DNA from: Pavona decussata | Lineage: Eukaryota | Direction of reading: 5' to 3' | Assembly (NCBI GenBank): GCA_977016875.1 | Contig: CDRNST010000323.1 | Location: 1,674,001-1,738,000 of the forward strand | DNA length: 64,000 bases | Shown here: one piece after another, positions 38,701 through 50,687 of the stretch | Numbering within the stretch: the stretch's first letter is position 1 | How the letters are laid out: each line of letters begins with the position of its first letter | The notes under the pieces: model-generated | Told to the model about the DNA's origin: nothing | What the model saw: only the letters and a program-made list of their open reading frames with translations | Databases searched by the model: none | Program-made: the position numbers and the translations under genes

Positions 38701-40794
38701 TATCGTTAGTTTTTGCCTGTATATGCTTATGAAACTAAGAGATGAAAAACCCCGTGAATAAAACCCAAAACATTAAATTTAAAAGTCCTAGTTCACCGAA
38801 AGCACAGCTTGAACAGGTGAAAAACTAAAGGAAACGATTTTTTTCTGTTTTAGACTATAGTGCTTAAAATGTTCTTGTTTTTAGATATCGATGAGTGTTC
38901 TGTGTCCAGTAATGGCGGTTGTAGCCATAAGTGTCTGAATTTTATGGGAGGCTACAAGTGTGAATGTCCAGACGAGGAACTGAGCTTATCATCTGATAAC
39001 AGAACATGTCATGGTAATTATTGAATATGGGATTCTTAATTTTTTCTCGCAAAAGTGATACCTTTTTCCTTCGTCTGAAACATGTCTTTTCTGAAGTCTT
39101 TGACAATTTTACCTCTGTTGTAGGTTTGACAATCTGTATCTTATTTGCGCCAATATATTCGTGAACTTTCTGCTGCCTTTACTCTGCTAACTTCAGTCCC
39201 CTATTGTTTTGCCACAACAAAGAGTTGGAAACTGGAGTACAGGATTTACAACCTAGCCCAGTTCTATCTGGTTCACAGAATGTAACGCGACTTTCAGAGA
39301 ATTCCAGAATGAATTTTTCTTCCGTGTATTGCAGTATGTTTTTAAACGTAAGCTGAGGATCTTTCATTTTTCTCTTTCTTTAGCTTCAGGAGTTAACGTC
39401 CTGTGCAATAGCGAAAATATGACGATCATCATTCCCAAGTCGTTTCTCCGTGGTCTTGATCGTGGGCATCTTCGACTCTTGGACATCACATGCAAAGCTA
39501 CAGAAACAAGCGCACATTTCTCTCTCACTACCCAGCTGACCGGCTGCAATACAACAAGGAGGCACACACCTACAGCTATCGTCTACTCCAACGCCGTCTT
39601 GGAAATCCCTGTAGCAGCTGAGGATGTCATAACACGCGTGCGCGAGATAGAAATTCAATTCAGCTGCTTCTACTCCAAATATGGGGTGGTGTCAACAGTG
39701 GGCTTCAAGCCAAGTAACAGGAAGCTTGTGTTTAGCGACGAAGGCCAAGGAAACTATACTCTCTCTCTGGATATGTTTCCTGACAACAGATTTGTGAGTC
39801 CTTACATGAAGGATGATTTTCCTGTTGCTGTAGTGCTGCGAAGACGTCTATTTTTCGAGGTATCAGTGGCATCAGATGACAAGCACCTGTCAATAAGAGC
39901 AGATCGATGTTTCGCCACGCCCACTCAGGATCAGAAGAAAAGTCTGAAATACGAGTTCATCAAAAACGGGTAGGCACGCTGAGATATTTCTTGCCGAGTT
40001 CTCTACCGTCTTGCTTCAATTTTTGTACTGTATTCATATTTGCACTTTAAGTGTCTTCGTAACTGCAAATTACTATTTTGCTCTATCTCTTAGATGTCCG
40101 GATGACCAAACATTGAAGTATCACTCGGCGCCTTCAGTCGGTACCCAGCGGTTTAGCCTAGAAGCCTTCAAGTTCATTGCCGATCATCCATTTGTCTTCG
40201 TTAACTGTCACGTGGCCGTATGCAATGCCACTAATCCAGTTTCCAAATGCGCTAAAAGCTGTTCGTTCGGTAGCAGAGGAAGACGTGAAGTGAGTGACCA
40301 CGTGACTGGCGTGTATTCCTTGGCACAGGGTCCACTCCACCTGGCTCGCGAAAAAAGAAGTGAAAAGAGTGGTAGTGGTCTGGAAAAGAATGGTAAGAAG
40401 ACTGTGCACTTTTAATTAAGCAAAAAGTTATCAATTACCAGGATAGCGTTGCGATGAGAAGTATCACCTCGTAATATCATATTGCCTTATACGTGGATCT
40501 ACTTTGTTTTTTATTCTCATCCTTGATCCGGCTGTTTTTCCTCGCGTCCTCTGGTTATCGTCACACCTTAAAAACCAATCTGGGACAATGGATTGAAGAA
40601 CAACGTATGGAAGTCTTCTGCAGGATGTTTAATTCTATTTTATTTTCTTCTTTGTAGAATCCGTCCCTACTTCAATGATGGCTTTGTTTGGGATGTGCCT
40701 CGCTTGTTTGGCGGGAATGGTGTTGATGATCTTCAAGAAGTCAACCGACAAGCCTTATGGGTATGCTGTGCTTGCTACTGATGATAAAAAGTGA
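32645..40794 (+). CDS. 7-exon type I membrane protein: signal peptide, C-type lectin, Sushi/CCP, EGF-Ca, ZP domain, furin sites, TM (join 32645-32717,35216-35593,37555-37746,38885-39013,39384-39969,40094-40392,40658-40794; 1794 nt, 597 aa)
   Basis: All six introns are GT..AG with compatible phases (1,1,1,1,2,1). The joined frame is open from ATG to TGA. Each extracellular exon is a recognisable domain. Confidence 0.9.
33861..34705 (-). mobile_element. 5'-truncated RTE-clade LINE (RT C-terminal half), antisense in intron 1 of the lectin-ZP gene
   Basis: [64 protein letters not shown]; (GAGT)n tail right after the stop. Confidence 0.93.
35216..35593 (+). CDS. Exon 2, C-type lectin domain
   Basis: [47 protein letters not shown]; acceptor tttctttcag, donor AAAG|GTTAGT. 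Confidence 0.93.
36470..37360. repeat. Degenerate CAT/ATT-based minisatellite (gtccttgccattgtcattatcattaccatt) in intron 2
   Basis: Low-complexity 6-mer periodicity giving spurious ORFs in most frames. Confidence 0.95.
37555..37746 (+). CDS. Exon 3, Sushi/CCP domain
   Basis: [36 protein letters not shown]; acceptor tttgtag, donor G|GTGGGT; not in the ORF track. Confidence 0.9.
37856..38175 (+). mobile_element. tRNA-derived SINE in intron 3
   Basis: A box gtgtagtggtt, B box ggttcgaggcc, core cttagacaaaaaactttgctccacattgtctct..gcataaatgggtac. Confidence 0.8.
38885..39013 (+). CDS. Exon 4, calcium-binding EGF domain
   Basis: [42 protein letters not shown]; acceptor ttttag, donor G|GTAATT. Confidence 0.92.
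39384..39969 (+). CDS. Exon 5, ZP domain (ZP-N and start of ZP-C)
   Basis: [52 protein letters not shown]. Confidence 0.93.
40094..40392 (+). CDS. Exon 6, ZP-C end, furin sites RGRR/REKR, external hydrophobic patch (LAQGPLHL)
   Basis: [32 protein letters not shown]; donor G|GTAAGA. Confidence 0.92.
40658..40794 (+). CDS. Exon 7, transmembrane helix and short cytoplasmic tail (..[19 protein letters not shown])
   Basis: Acceptor ttctttgtag; hydrophobic [20 protein letters not shown] followed by KK; TGA at 40792-40794. Confidence 0.85.
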
Positions 40795-40950
40795 ACGCAA
40801 GCTTAACCTGGAATGGGCAAAGTTGTTGAAGGGGACTTTTCCTTGAGATAATCCAATTTACAGTGAGAAAAAAAATGTTCAATATCAATTCTGCTGTTTT
40901 TACTACATGCTTTTTGCCAGGGGCAAATCTTTTATTTCAAAGTGACTTTA

Positions 40951-41125
40951 ATAGACCATTTCTGAGTTGCAGTGAACCTCAATATGAAAGCGAGGCTAAG
41001 TGCAAAGCTTTTCATATGAAAATTAGTTTTGTTTGTTTATGAATGAAAACTAATTTTCATGATAAAAGTTTTGCGCTTAGCCTCGCTTTCATAATGAGGT
41101 TCAACGCAACTCGGAAATGGCCTAT
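40951..41125. mobile_element. 175-bp palindromic MITE (ATAG..CTAT ends), downstream of the stop codon
   Basis: atagaccatttctgagttgc / gcaactcggaaatggcctat TIR; an interrupted second copy at 53843-54521. Confidence 0.85.
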
Positions 41126-41879
41126 TCCATGGCAATCAATCAATAATGTTTGCCAAAAATGCAAACCTTGACGTTCTCTTTTTTGAAATATCTCTGCTTT
41201 TTAAAAGGAATAACAATTGTGGGATGTTTACATCTGCCTTCGCTCCACACAAAACATCTTAAGAACCAATGTACCAATTTTCTTTGAAGATACAAACAAA
41301 GTGCTTTATAGATATTGTATGGAACTGTTCTGATTGGAACCCAGAAATGTCTTCAAACAGTTCATTCGTTTTTCGGCTGTAATTGAATATCTCAAGCTCA
41401 AGTACCTTAGATGTGTAGATTTTTAGTCTTTCAGAAACTAATTATTACCTTAGAGGGTCTGTTTCAGTTAAAGTTTAGTTTTTGAGGCCCATAAAAATCT
41501 GTACGCACATTTTTGTCGGATAGTCGAAATGATCTCGTTTAATTATCGGGGTGCTGTGCTGTTTAATTTGTTTTTATAGAAGACTGTCATTTATATAGTT
41601 ATACTTAGCCGATAATATCTGTTGGGAAAGTTGATCAGAAACTTGGAGCTAACGGAAAAGGTACCAGCAATGCCCTGATGTTAACGTTGATTTCTCCTCA
41701 CTGTGCTCCATAGCTGTGAGAATTCACTGAAAATCAAGACTTTTCATCTGCGGTGATCTCTTCATAGGTTCTCTTGACATGAATGGTGCATTTTACAACG
41801 ATATTGTAAGGAGAAATTAGATGCTGGTCACTATTGGGGCTTTAAGGGTTGGACAGGAGTCCATCAGTTGGAGCCATTG

Positions 41880-42675
41880 GGGACTTAACGCAACCACGAC
41901 GGCAACGAAAACGGCACTTGAAAATACAAGTTCGTGTTACTTGTACGACTTCGCGATTATTTCAATTCGTTCAACTTCTACAATGTCCCGATTAATACTA
42001 GAGACGGATAATTCGTCTGGACGAATTATCCGTCTGGTCGTTTAATCCGTCTAGTATAAATATGGGACGAACTATAAAACACAGTATTAGTTCGTCCCGT
42101 TTATACTAGACGGATTATGCAAGTCGCGAGAAACTGGTCTTTCAGGTACTTCGTTTATACGAACACATTTTGTATCCCACTGCTAAGAGACCGCTGGCTT
42201 TATGTAACGAGGTGTTGATTCTGGCATCTAAGTTCGTCTGTCCCTGCATTTATACACACAGATGGATTATCCACTTTAGCTGGTCTGCCAAGACGAACTA
42301 AGCAGATAGTTCGTCTTGACGGATAATCCGTCTGTTGCCCGTATTTATACACGGACGGATTATCAGACGAACTAAAAAATTCTTGCCCAAGTTCGTCCAG
42401 ACGGATTATCCGTCTCCGATATAAATCGGGCCAATGGCCGAACTATCCAGAACAGGCTAGGTGGTAAAGGTCTTCAAGTTAGCACAGAGAATGAAAATTT
42501 ACTGTCATGTACTCACGCTCTCCATAAAACCTTGAATTTGCGCATTTGACGTCGTTGTTTGGCCGAAGATGGCGACGAAATGTATCAAAATTTGTAATGC
42601 ACGTGCCGTTGTTTAGCTCATTAAGGCTTTTCTTTATTTTCCGTTGCCATCGGCGTCGTGTCTGCGTAAAGTCCC
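41880..42675. mobile_element. MITE (TIR gggactt.acgca) hosting a nested MITE
   Basis: gggacttaacgcaaccacgacggcaacg / cgtcgtgtctgcgtaaagtccc. Confidence 0.8.
41985..42432. mobile_element. Nested MITE with ~43-bp TIRs and AAT target-site duplication
   Basis: gtcccgattaatactagagacggataattcgtctggacgaa / ttcgtccagacggattatccgtctccgatataaatcgggcc; AAT at 41982-41984 and 42433-42435. Confidence 0.85.
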
Positions 42676-44247
42676 TACTATCTCTCATACTCAGCCTTGG
42701 AGTCAACCCTTTCACGAGTCGAGTTATTTTTAGAACGGCTCTCAGGGGAGGTTTTGCACGCCCACAGTTCAATAGCCCAAACCAAAACAAGGCTATGTTA
42801 GTGGTATTTGCTAGTGTGTGGTATTAGGGGTGTTTGTTATTGTTACATGCGAGTCCCAACGGAAACATAATACTTTTCGCGGGAAAAACCCGTTCCAAAA
42901 CTAAATCTACTCATGAGAGGGCTGACTCAAGAAATGGAGATGGAAGTGGAGACAGAGGCTCCTATTAGAGTATTTGTATTCAGTGGGGCGTTATGTTCTC
43001 GGGGCCTGACACTTTGAAGATGTATGTATCTGTATGCAACACCAAGTATTTTCTTGGCTCCTTCAGTCGCCTTAAAATTGAGCTCTACCTTTTCCACTGC
43101 TGACAGAAGCTTAGTGGCAACGTGGGGAAAAGAAAGAAAATGTAGGGAAATGGAAAGGAGAAAAGAAACAAAGTAGACACCACCAACAATATCATTTATC
43201 GATCAGTGAAGAAGAGGAACTTTGAATGTCTCAACCTCTTCAGTAGCTATACGCAGGCCTCTCTGGTAGCTTTAGGAGATATACATTGATCAACCCCAAC
43301 AGTACATTTCACCCAGCCCAAATCCTCCACAAATTAACAACTTACGAAATGTTACAACCAAGTTATCAGAAGTGTTATTTTAACATTTCAACTTGTGCTC
43401 GATAACATAATTATGTTTCCATCAGCCGAAAGCCGTCTTAAACAGAGAAAGAGCTAATTGTGCTAAGTTTTGGCATGGCTTATTCAAGGTTCGAGAAACT
43501 AATAAGTTTTTGAGAAGGCAAGAAAACGCTTTTGTTCTGCGGGCTACAAGCTTTGGTGTGAAGATACTATTTTAATACCATAAATGACTGTTTTTTTTTA
43601 CCTTTAAGTAGTTTATTTTATTGAGCGAAGGAAGGAAGGATTTCATTTTAAAGCAGCTTATAGAATAGTAATGACAGTACTAAGAGTCGGGTGCAATTTT
43701 GGGAGCTTGATGTTGTTTATCTTATATCACGAGATCAATAAATATTGCATTTGCAATTCATGCAATGGAAATGAGTCACGTGTCTTCTCAGGCGTGCGCA
43801 CACGTCTTTCGCATGCTTTCTTTTTTCGCTATCTTTATTGAAAATTAAATGGGTCGAAGGAGAATTTAAAGGATTCAATTCTAGGGGTTATGTATTGAAA
43901 GAAATCTTTGCGATATGTATGCTTTTTTGTTCTTTATCACACAATTATAGCCTATAGATATGGGTAAAATCAAATGGAAGGCTGACTGGACAGCTAAAAT
44001 AATTTTATTGCCCAATATTTCGGTTAGTATCATCTTTAAATATTGTAACCGTTTATTTCCAATTTTTACTTAGCTATTTGCAGCCCCTGAAGAAGGTTAG
44101 TTTTGTCTAACCGACAGATTGATTATACATTTTATTCAACAATGCTGATTCTGATTTACACAAAGATCCGGCTACACTTTGCTACTGTTTGTTTAAGTGG
44201 CTTTGAATTATTCAAGAGTTACCTTATAGATGTGGGCAAGGACAACT

Positions 44248-44535
44248 NNNNNNNNNNNNNNNNNNNNNNNNNNNNNNNNNNNNNNNNNNNNNNNNNNNNN
44301 NNNNNNNNNNNNNNNNNNNNNNNNNNNNNNNNNNNNNNNNNNNNNNNNNNNNNNNNNNNNNNNNNNNNNNNNNNNNNNNNNNNNNNNNNNNNNNNNNNNN
44401 NNNNNNNNNNNNNNNNNNNNNNNNNNNNNNNNNNNNNNNNNNNNNNNNNNNNNNNNNNNNNNNNNNNNNNNNNNNNNNNNNNNNNNNNNNNNNNNNNNNN
44501 NNNNNNNNNNNNNNNNNNNNNNNNNNNNNNNNNNN
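44248..44535. other. Assembly gap (288 N)
   Basis: Run of N. Confidence 1.
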
Positions 44536-46030
44536 GGGCGTTTAGTAAAACTGGTAATCGTGGACACTGTAAGTGTTTACCTATATTTACAAGGTCCAAA
44601 AAGTAGTATATAACTTATCTATAACTTATAAAATAAAAGTTATCAAATGGCATACTGACCCATACTGAGCTTGTCAATTGGTTGGGGGTATTTTAATACC
44701 GATGCAATATTCTGGACGAATACGGGAGCTCTACGTGGCGTAGAACTACAATCAAGGGCAAAAGGGTTGGAACAAATGTTCCCCTAAGTACGCAACAGAA
44801 TCACAGTACGCGCAAACAAGTAGTGTCCGTTTCCCAACCCCCACCCCTTTACAATGTTGAGTTAGTGCAATAAAAATGACTTGCGGATTTCAACATTGCC
44901 TCGGGGGAGGAGTGGGCTAGTAAGTTGGGCTTTAAACGAAAAACATGGCTTCACTGGTCAGTCACATAAGATTAGTAACATTTGTCTCAAGACCTTCTGT
45001 CCTTGATTATAGTTTGCTGGAGATGGTATGGCATACGACAAATATTACCTCATGAATTGGCATTTTTTGGCCTCTTCTGTAATGTGGCAGTTTTAATTGG
45101 AAATAAAAAATAGTGTACTAGTTGACGATGTAAATGGTAAATAAATGTATGATGCTCAGGAAAGGTGGAGCAAAAAGGCGCCAAAAGCCATAAAAATGTG
45201 GTTGCAAAGCAAGACCACACAACTCGCGAATGAAGGGGCAAATAATGAGATAATAGGGAAAGAACAGTATTGACAAATTAGCAGCCTATATATGACCTCT
45301 GACATACGAACAATAACAGAATAGAACTCATATCTATCGCTATCCGACGGAACATTCGCCGACAGTGACCTTTGCATACAAGTAATTATATTAAAAGTAC
45401 AGTATCAATAGCTCACGCCATACTGACAAGTAGCGGCCCATGTCTGACCCCCTTGTTTAGGAATATTAAATTTGAAAATTACAAAGGTGTTAATAATTGC
45501 TTACGACTAGTGGTGACAGGGCCTATCCACACATTCTACGTGATGCTATTAAAAGTGACTCAACGGTAGCAGTCCAAGACTGACCGACGTCATTCCTGCT
45601 TTAATTAAATCGAAGTACTTGTATGTTTGGTTAAGTACCTAATGACGACGGAACTTGTAGCAGCCCATGTTTGCCCTACCTGTCCGTCAACTCAAAAGAA
45701 AGTAGTCTTTATAGTAATACTAAATGACTTGAAACACCCTGTAGCTAGACGGAGTTAGGAACATATTTTGTTGTCATTTGGTGTGTGCTCTTTTCTGCCG
45801 AACCTGAGAGGCAAGATTACGTGGACTTGAGCGAATACGTATTCCAAAAGCATCAGATTTCCAGCGGGTAAGAGTGGCAATTTTCAAGAGCGTCTGAAAT
45901 TAAGACCTTTATCAGCCGCACGCGAAGGGGTGCCAATTCGGAACCTATGACCTTTATATCTACTGGTATCTAAACAGTAATAATCGTGAGGTTTGTTTAT
46001 CAGAATAACGGGCCTGGGTACGCGCTGCAA

Positions 46031-46323
46031 ATAGCCCTTATCACGGTTTTCGACGCCATTTTGACGAGTAGGCAAACAGGCTTGAAATAACAGTGTTTGT
46101 ATAGAAATCCGATGTCAAATAATATTCATAAAACATCGCTTCTGAAAAATTCATGAATTGGAAACTTTTGGCTCTAGGAAAAGGATTTTAAGAAAAAATT
46201 GGAGGGATGTAGCTGTGCCAGAAAGCGTCCAGTCATGTTTTGAACTTTCCATACATTTGTCTGTATAGCGAACCAGCCGTGAACTTCTACTAAAAATAGT
46301 TCGCGGGGAAAAAATACAGGGAA
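46031..46323. mobile_element. Foldback element copy 1 (one arm plus spacer)
   Basis: Matches the arm and reversed spacer of 53952-54472. Confidence 0.9.
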
Positions 46324-46569
46324 TCAATATACGAAAGAAGCGGTAAAATGCTAACAAGAACATGGCTGAATAAAGACAGCGTTGAAACGCCGAAGAGTTG
46401 AGGTTTGTCGAAAAGATCTAACAAGCTCATGTAAGACTGGTCTCGTAATATGTACACGAAGATAGGCCACTGATTAAATAAGAGATTATGGATCATAAAT
46501 GCTTTTGTGGATAACCTTTAAAATTGAGTTTGTGGACATAACTTAGAGCTGACAGGTAAGATATAATCG

Positions 46570-47720
46570 GAGAGGGAGCTCTTTTACAGGATCTGTTGGT
46601 GTCATCCGTTAACGCCGAGCCTAATAAATCTCTTAGTGAATGACCAATGTCCAACTCTCCGACAGAACGTTCAGCGGCACTGATGTTGGTAACTCGTCTG
46701 CATCAGGAGTGATCTCCTTGAATCTCTCCACTTGAAAGCGGGAGATTTAGTCGGCTTGGCTGTTCTACAGGCCCGGAACATGCCGAGCGCGAAATAAGAT
46801 ATTACTGGCGACTTAAACAGCTAAGAACAAAGTCACGTACAAGAACCATGACGACCTTCTGCCGCAATGTTTGCTTGTTGATAAAATCTACGAGGGCTTC
46901 GTTGTCGGTGACGAGCATTACGCAGCGGTTGGCCATCAGCCCCAAATGTGAACAGCTAGGACAATAGGAACGCGCTCTAGAACTGTAATTTTAAATGTCG
47001 CACCGTAACCCTTCGAAGAAGTTTCCCACCGATTGCACAGAAAAAACGTTCTACCATCAACATTTAACAGCAAAAACGAACGATAAAAGCCGACCTTTCG
47101 GAGTGGTCATGATCACTTCGAAACGTCGGCTTTTATCGTTCGTTTTTGCTGATATCAGTGCTTGAGCAAATCTCTTTCAACGCCATCAACATTAACCAAA
47201 AATTGTCAGCAGACCAGCACCTTTCAAAAGCTCTATTTTCACTGGCCCAGATAACCTGCAACTGCATTGTTTTTAGGGCTGGGAACATTGTTCCGCTCTT
47301 CGTTGTTTTGCCCTCTGACCAACCATGTACGACGTTACAAACGGTGCAGGTCGTCCCAAAATTATAACCACATACCGATATGGCGTTTAGCTTTTTTTGT
47401 TTAAACGGATGTGGTGATGACTGGACGTATCATACGCGTGTTAAGATCACGGATTAAGTGGCGTAAAAACGCACGCCCCGGGACGACAACGGAACAACAA
47501 AAATTCAATAGGTCAACTAACGACTGCAGTTCATGCAGAATAACTGAACGTTTAATGAGAAATTGACGACGTAAGGTGCAACTTTCTATAAGCTTTTCTA
47601 ACGGTAACCTTGCCTCCAGGCGCAGAGAATCGAGTTCTATTCCAGCAAATTGTAAAGCTGTATCTGAACTTACTGTTTTTGCTTGAGCAATGGGAACCCC
47701 CAAGGAAATTGGATAGATCT
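46570..47720 (-). mobile_element. Degenerate DIRS/Ngaro-type (tyrosine recombinase) retrotransposon: RT end plus RNase H
   Basis: LGVPIAQAKT..LQFAGIELDS..ARLP.EK..LQSLVDLLNFCCSVVVPGRAFLR; downstream ITVLE.VPIVLAVHIWG..TDNEALV.FINKQT..HVPG..AD.ISRFQ. Confidence 0.8.
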
Positions 47721-47841
47721 GTACTGCATTTATCCTTACATTATCCTTATATGCAACACAGCACACACCTTTAAGTGGTGCGTCCCGAGCCACTCTAACG
47801 AAGATCTGAAGTTTTCGAAAATGGCACAACTAGACTTTAGA

Positions 47842-48097
47842 GGGATCAGGGATGGCGCAGTGGTGAGAGCACTCGCCTCCCGCCCGGGTTCGATTCCCGG
47901 AGTTGACGCGATATGTGGGTTGGGTTTGTTGTTGGTTCTCGTCCTTGCTCTGAGGGTTTTTCTCCGGGTACTCCGGTTTTCCTCCCTCCACAAAAACCAA
48001 CATTTCCAAATTATAACTCGACCTGGAAACAGTGGACGAATAGTCACTCTGTGGATGTGCCACTGAAATTCCCATTTTTTAAAATTTATTTATTTAA
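47842..48097 (+). mobile_element. tRNA-derived SINE with V-domain-like core
   Basis: ggatggcgcagtggtgagagc A box, ggttcgattcc B box, ggtttttctccgggtactccggttttcctccc core, (TTTA)n tail. Confidence 0.85.
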
Positions 48098-48782
48098 TCC
48101 CACTGCTAAACAACGGTCAAAAATAATACTGATTGGCTCATTTGATGCCAAGTAAGGGGTAATCTAGTTAACTGTCAACCTGTATTAAGCAGTCAACCTT
48201 GGGGAATGGCTAAGTAACCGCTTAACAAAGGCTGCACAGAATACTTGTCCGAACACAATAACAACGACATTTTATATAACATTTTATAAGTTAGTGTACA
48301 GTTTATGCACAAAAGAGCTCACAAAATCACCTACTTGGTTGTCAGAAAGTCATTTGCCTGGCACGCTAGTTGTTACCATGAGTGGTTTTCAATCACAATT
48401 AAGTGACCGTTTAAAACAGGTTTCTCGAACCATCCAGATATGCACCGATCAATACTGGCAGTAACAAAAGAAGGCACCGTCCTTCAATGTTGCTACTATA
48501 TAGTCTGTTGGATGTTTGCATAACATTTTCCAGCATTAGCAAACCGCACTGATTCCTTTCAGTATTAGTTGCTACTTGATGAGAATTTAAAGATTATAAA
48601 ATCGACGCTGTTTAAAGAGTTTCAACCGACGTTGGCAATGCTGCCTTCTTCAAGGTAAAAACTATACCGTTAAAAAGCTCGTTAAATTAGCTCACATGCC
48701 CGAATTCATAATCGCGCACGTGCGCGCGACGCACGAGCAAGTGAAAAACGAGCAATTTACATAAAACTAAAGTACTGATTAA

Positions 48783-49411
48783 GGTGATTCCGTTGAAAAA
48801 GAAGGAGTATTAAAAATTGTGTAAGACTTGGTCCAGTTCATGACTATGTTATGAGCATTACAAAAATGCAATAAAATATGGGGGTCACCGTGCTCGTTTT
48901 TGTGCAACCTGGATGGCTATTATAGTAAATAGATGACCCACGAGGTTTATATTAGGAACGCTAGTAATCAGAAAAGGGAACTATCATTTCTATAAAAATT
49001 AATTTCTTCAATAAAATATCGAAGCAGTTCAACAAAATTTACTTTAATCTTACACCACAAACTATTTTAATTGAACTGGAATAAAGATTATGAGAGAAAT
49101 TGAAGATTTTGCTCCGGGGGCACGTAAGCAGCACTACCTTATACGTGCTTTTCAAAGCATTCAAATAAAAATATCTCAAAGTAGAGTTTTAAACTTTTCT
49201 TTAAATCGCGATATATAGTGGTCAACCGTATGACATTTAAATTGATGCATTAAAAAATGGGGGTCACCGTGCTCGTTTAGAAGAAAAGGACCATTTATTT
49301 TCCTGCCGAGCTTAACCTCAAGGAAATCCCGTAATGTTGTGCGTGCGCGCGCTAAATGACGCGAAAAATTATGCGCAGCAAGGATGCGCAATGCAATTCA
49401 ACGGAATCACC
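48783..49411. mobile_element. Non-autonomous DNA transposon with TTAA TSD (Kolobok-like GG..CC ends)
   Basis: TTAA-ggtgattccgttgaa ... ttcaacggaatcacc-TTAA. Confidence 0.8.
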
Positions 49412-49625
49412 TTAAGGCCACTAGGACTAACAGGCCATATTTACTTGTTTGCTTTGTTGAATGATTGCTTCGTTGGTGCATTTTCCAAGCAGTGTTGACA
49501 GGTCTTGTGCTCAAAATGTCAACACTTTACCTGTGTCCCAAACTGTTGCTATTCACTGATTCTTTTCGTTAACATTATTTACACTGCTCAGATTTTGAGC
49601 TTTGTTTGCGCATAGGTTTCATCTG

Positions 49626-50687
49626 TCAGCGGCAGTCCTTGATATTAGTCAGAGGAAGACTGTCTTGGCATCCACGATTTTGGCCGGCTCGGAAGCAACG
49701 AGGTAAAGCAGCTTTAATTTCCTGGCGGAATTCTTTGTTTGTTACACAGTAAACCAGAGGATCTGCGGCGGAATTGGTTGCAACTGATATGCTGACGAAC
49801 GCCATTAGAATAAAATAGTAGCTTCGCTGAACGAAGGTTTCTCCCCAATAAACCATGGTAAGCATAAATATTTGGTACGGAAGCATGGTCACAGCGAACA
49901 AAATTACCAAGGGCTTGAGAAGTCGTTGCGTTTTTCTTGTTTGCGTAAGTATCGCCTCCGTGTTTACCCTTAACGCTGCACACTTTGAATCAGGGGAATG
50001 ATTTGCTGTTTGATTCTGAAATGTCAATGTTCTCTCCGTGACTAGTTTACTAATTCTTTGGTAGCTGAAGGTAACAATGGCAAGTGGAAGGACATACATT
50101 AACATGGTCTTGACCGTTGCCAGGCTGCGCTCAAGAGAAGGCGGGTATTCGGTGAAGCACGGTGGCTGTTCACCAGAATCATAAGTTTGGAAAACGTAAA
50201 GCGGCACGGCCATTACGATGAATGATATCACCCAGATAGCAATAACGATAACCTTGATCCGTTTCGAAGAACCATCGGAACGTACCGGCACCGTGAACTT
50301 CCAGGCAATTTTCACGTATCGCTCAGCTGCAATCGCAGTGATGGACCAGATACAGGCACCAAAGAAGGTTTCTGTGAAGGGCAAAATGTACAGACAGGCC
50401 ATCTTACCGAAGAACCACTCGCGTGGAAATTGAATCTTCAACAAAAGTAGAGGATAGTTGAAGATCAAAATACCAAGATCTGCAAACGCCAGACTTAGAA
50501 GGTAGGGGCTCAGAACAGAGAACGCACATGTGCCTCTAATGATCTTTGCGCAAACAACAACATTTCCAATTACACCAAACACGCAAATGGCGATTTGAAG
50601 GCTAAGCTGGAAGATGTTAAGCCCCACTGGTAGTTTCAAGTAAACTCCGTCGCCACAGCTACTTTCCGACGATGAATTGTTTAGCAT
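49626..50687 (-). CDS. Class A (rhodopsin-like) GPCR, peptide-receptor-like orphan, 353 aa, intronless CDS
   Basis: Seven hydrophobic segments; GN in TM1, SLAFADL in TM2, C..AERY in TM3, W in TM4, P in TM5/6, DPLVY in TM7; N-terminal N-glycosylation sites; a tttcag acceptor just upstream of the ATG suggests a 5'UTR intron. Confidence 0.95.
   Translation of the reverse strand: MLNNSSSESSCGDGVYLKLPVGLNIFQLSLQIAICVFGVIGNVVVCAKIIRGTCAFSVLSPYLLSLAFADLGILIFNYPLLLLKIQFPREWFFGKMACLYILPFTETFFGACIWSITAIAAERYVKIAWKFTVPVRSDGSSKRIKVIVIAIWVISFIVMAVPLYVFQTYDSGEQPPCFTEYPPSLERSLATVKTMLMYVLPLAIVTFSYQRISKLVTERTLTFQNQTANHSPDSKCAALRVNTEAILTQTRKTQRLLKPLVILFAVTMLPYQIFMLTMVYWGETFVQRSYYFILMAFVSISVATNSAADPLVYCVTNKEFRQEIKAALPRCFRAGQNRGCQDSLPLTNIKDCR

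Noticed and set aside
38180-38770. Possible further Penelope remnant with hammerhead-like cttgacaatggc..gccgaaacg
   Set aside because: Too degenerate to support from sequence alone
44103-44613. ORFs with long X runs
   Set aside because: They span the assembly gap
47842-47900. tRNA gene candidates (also 37856 and 61050)
   Set aside because: A/B boxes are present but there is no complete cloverleaf, and each continues into a SINE body
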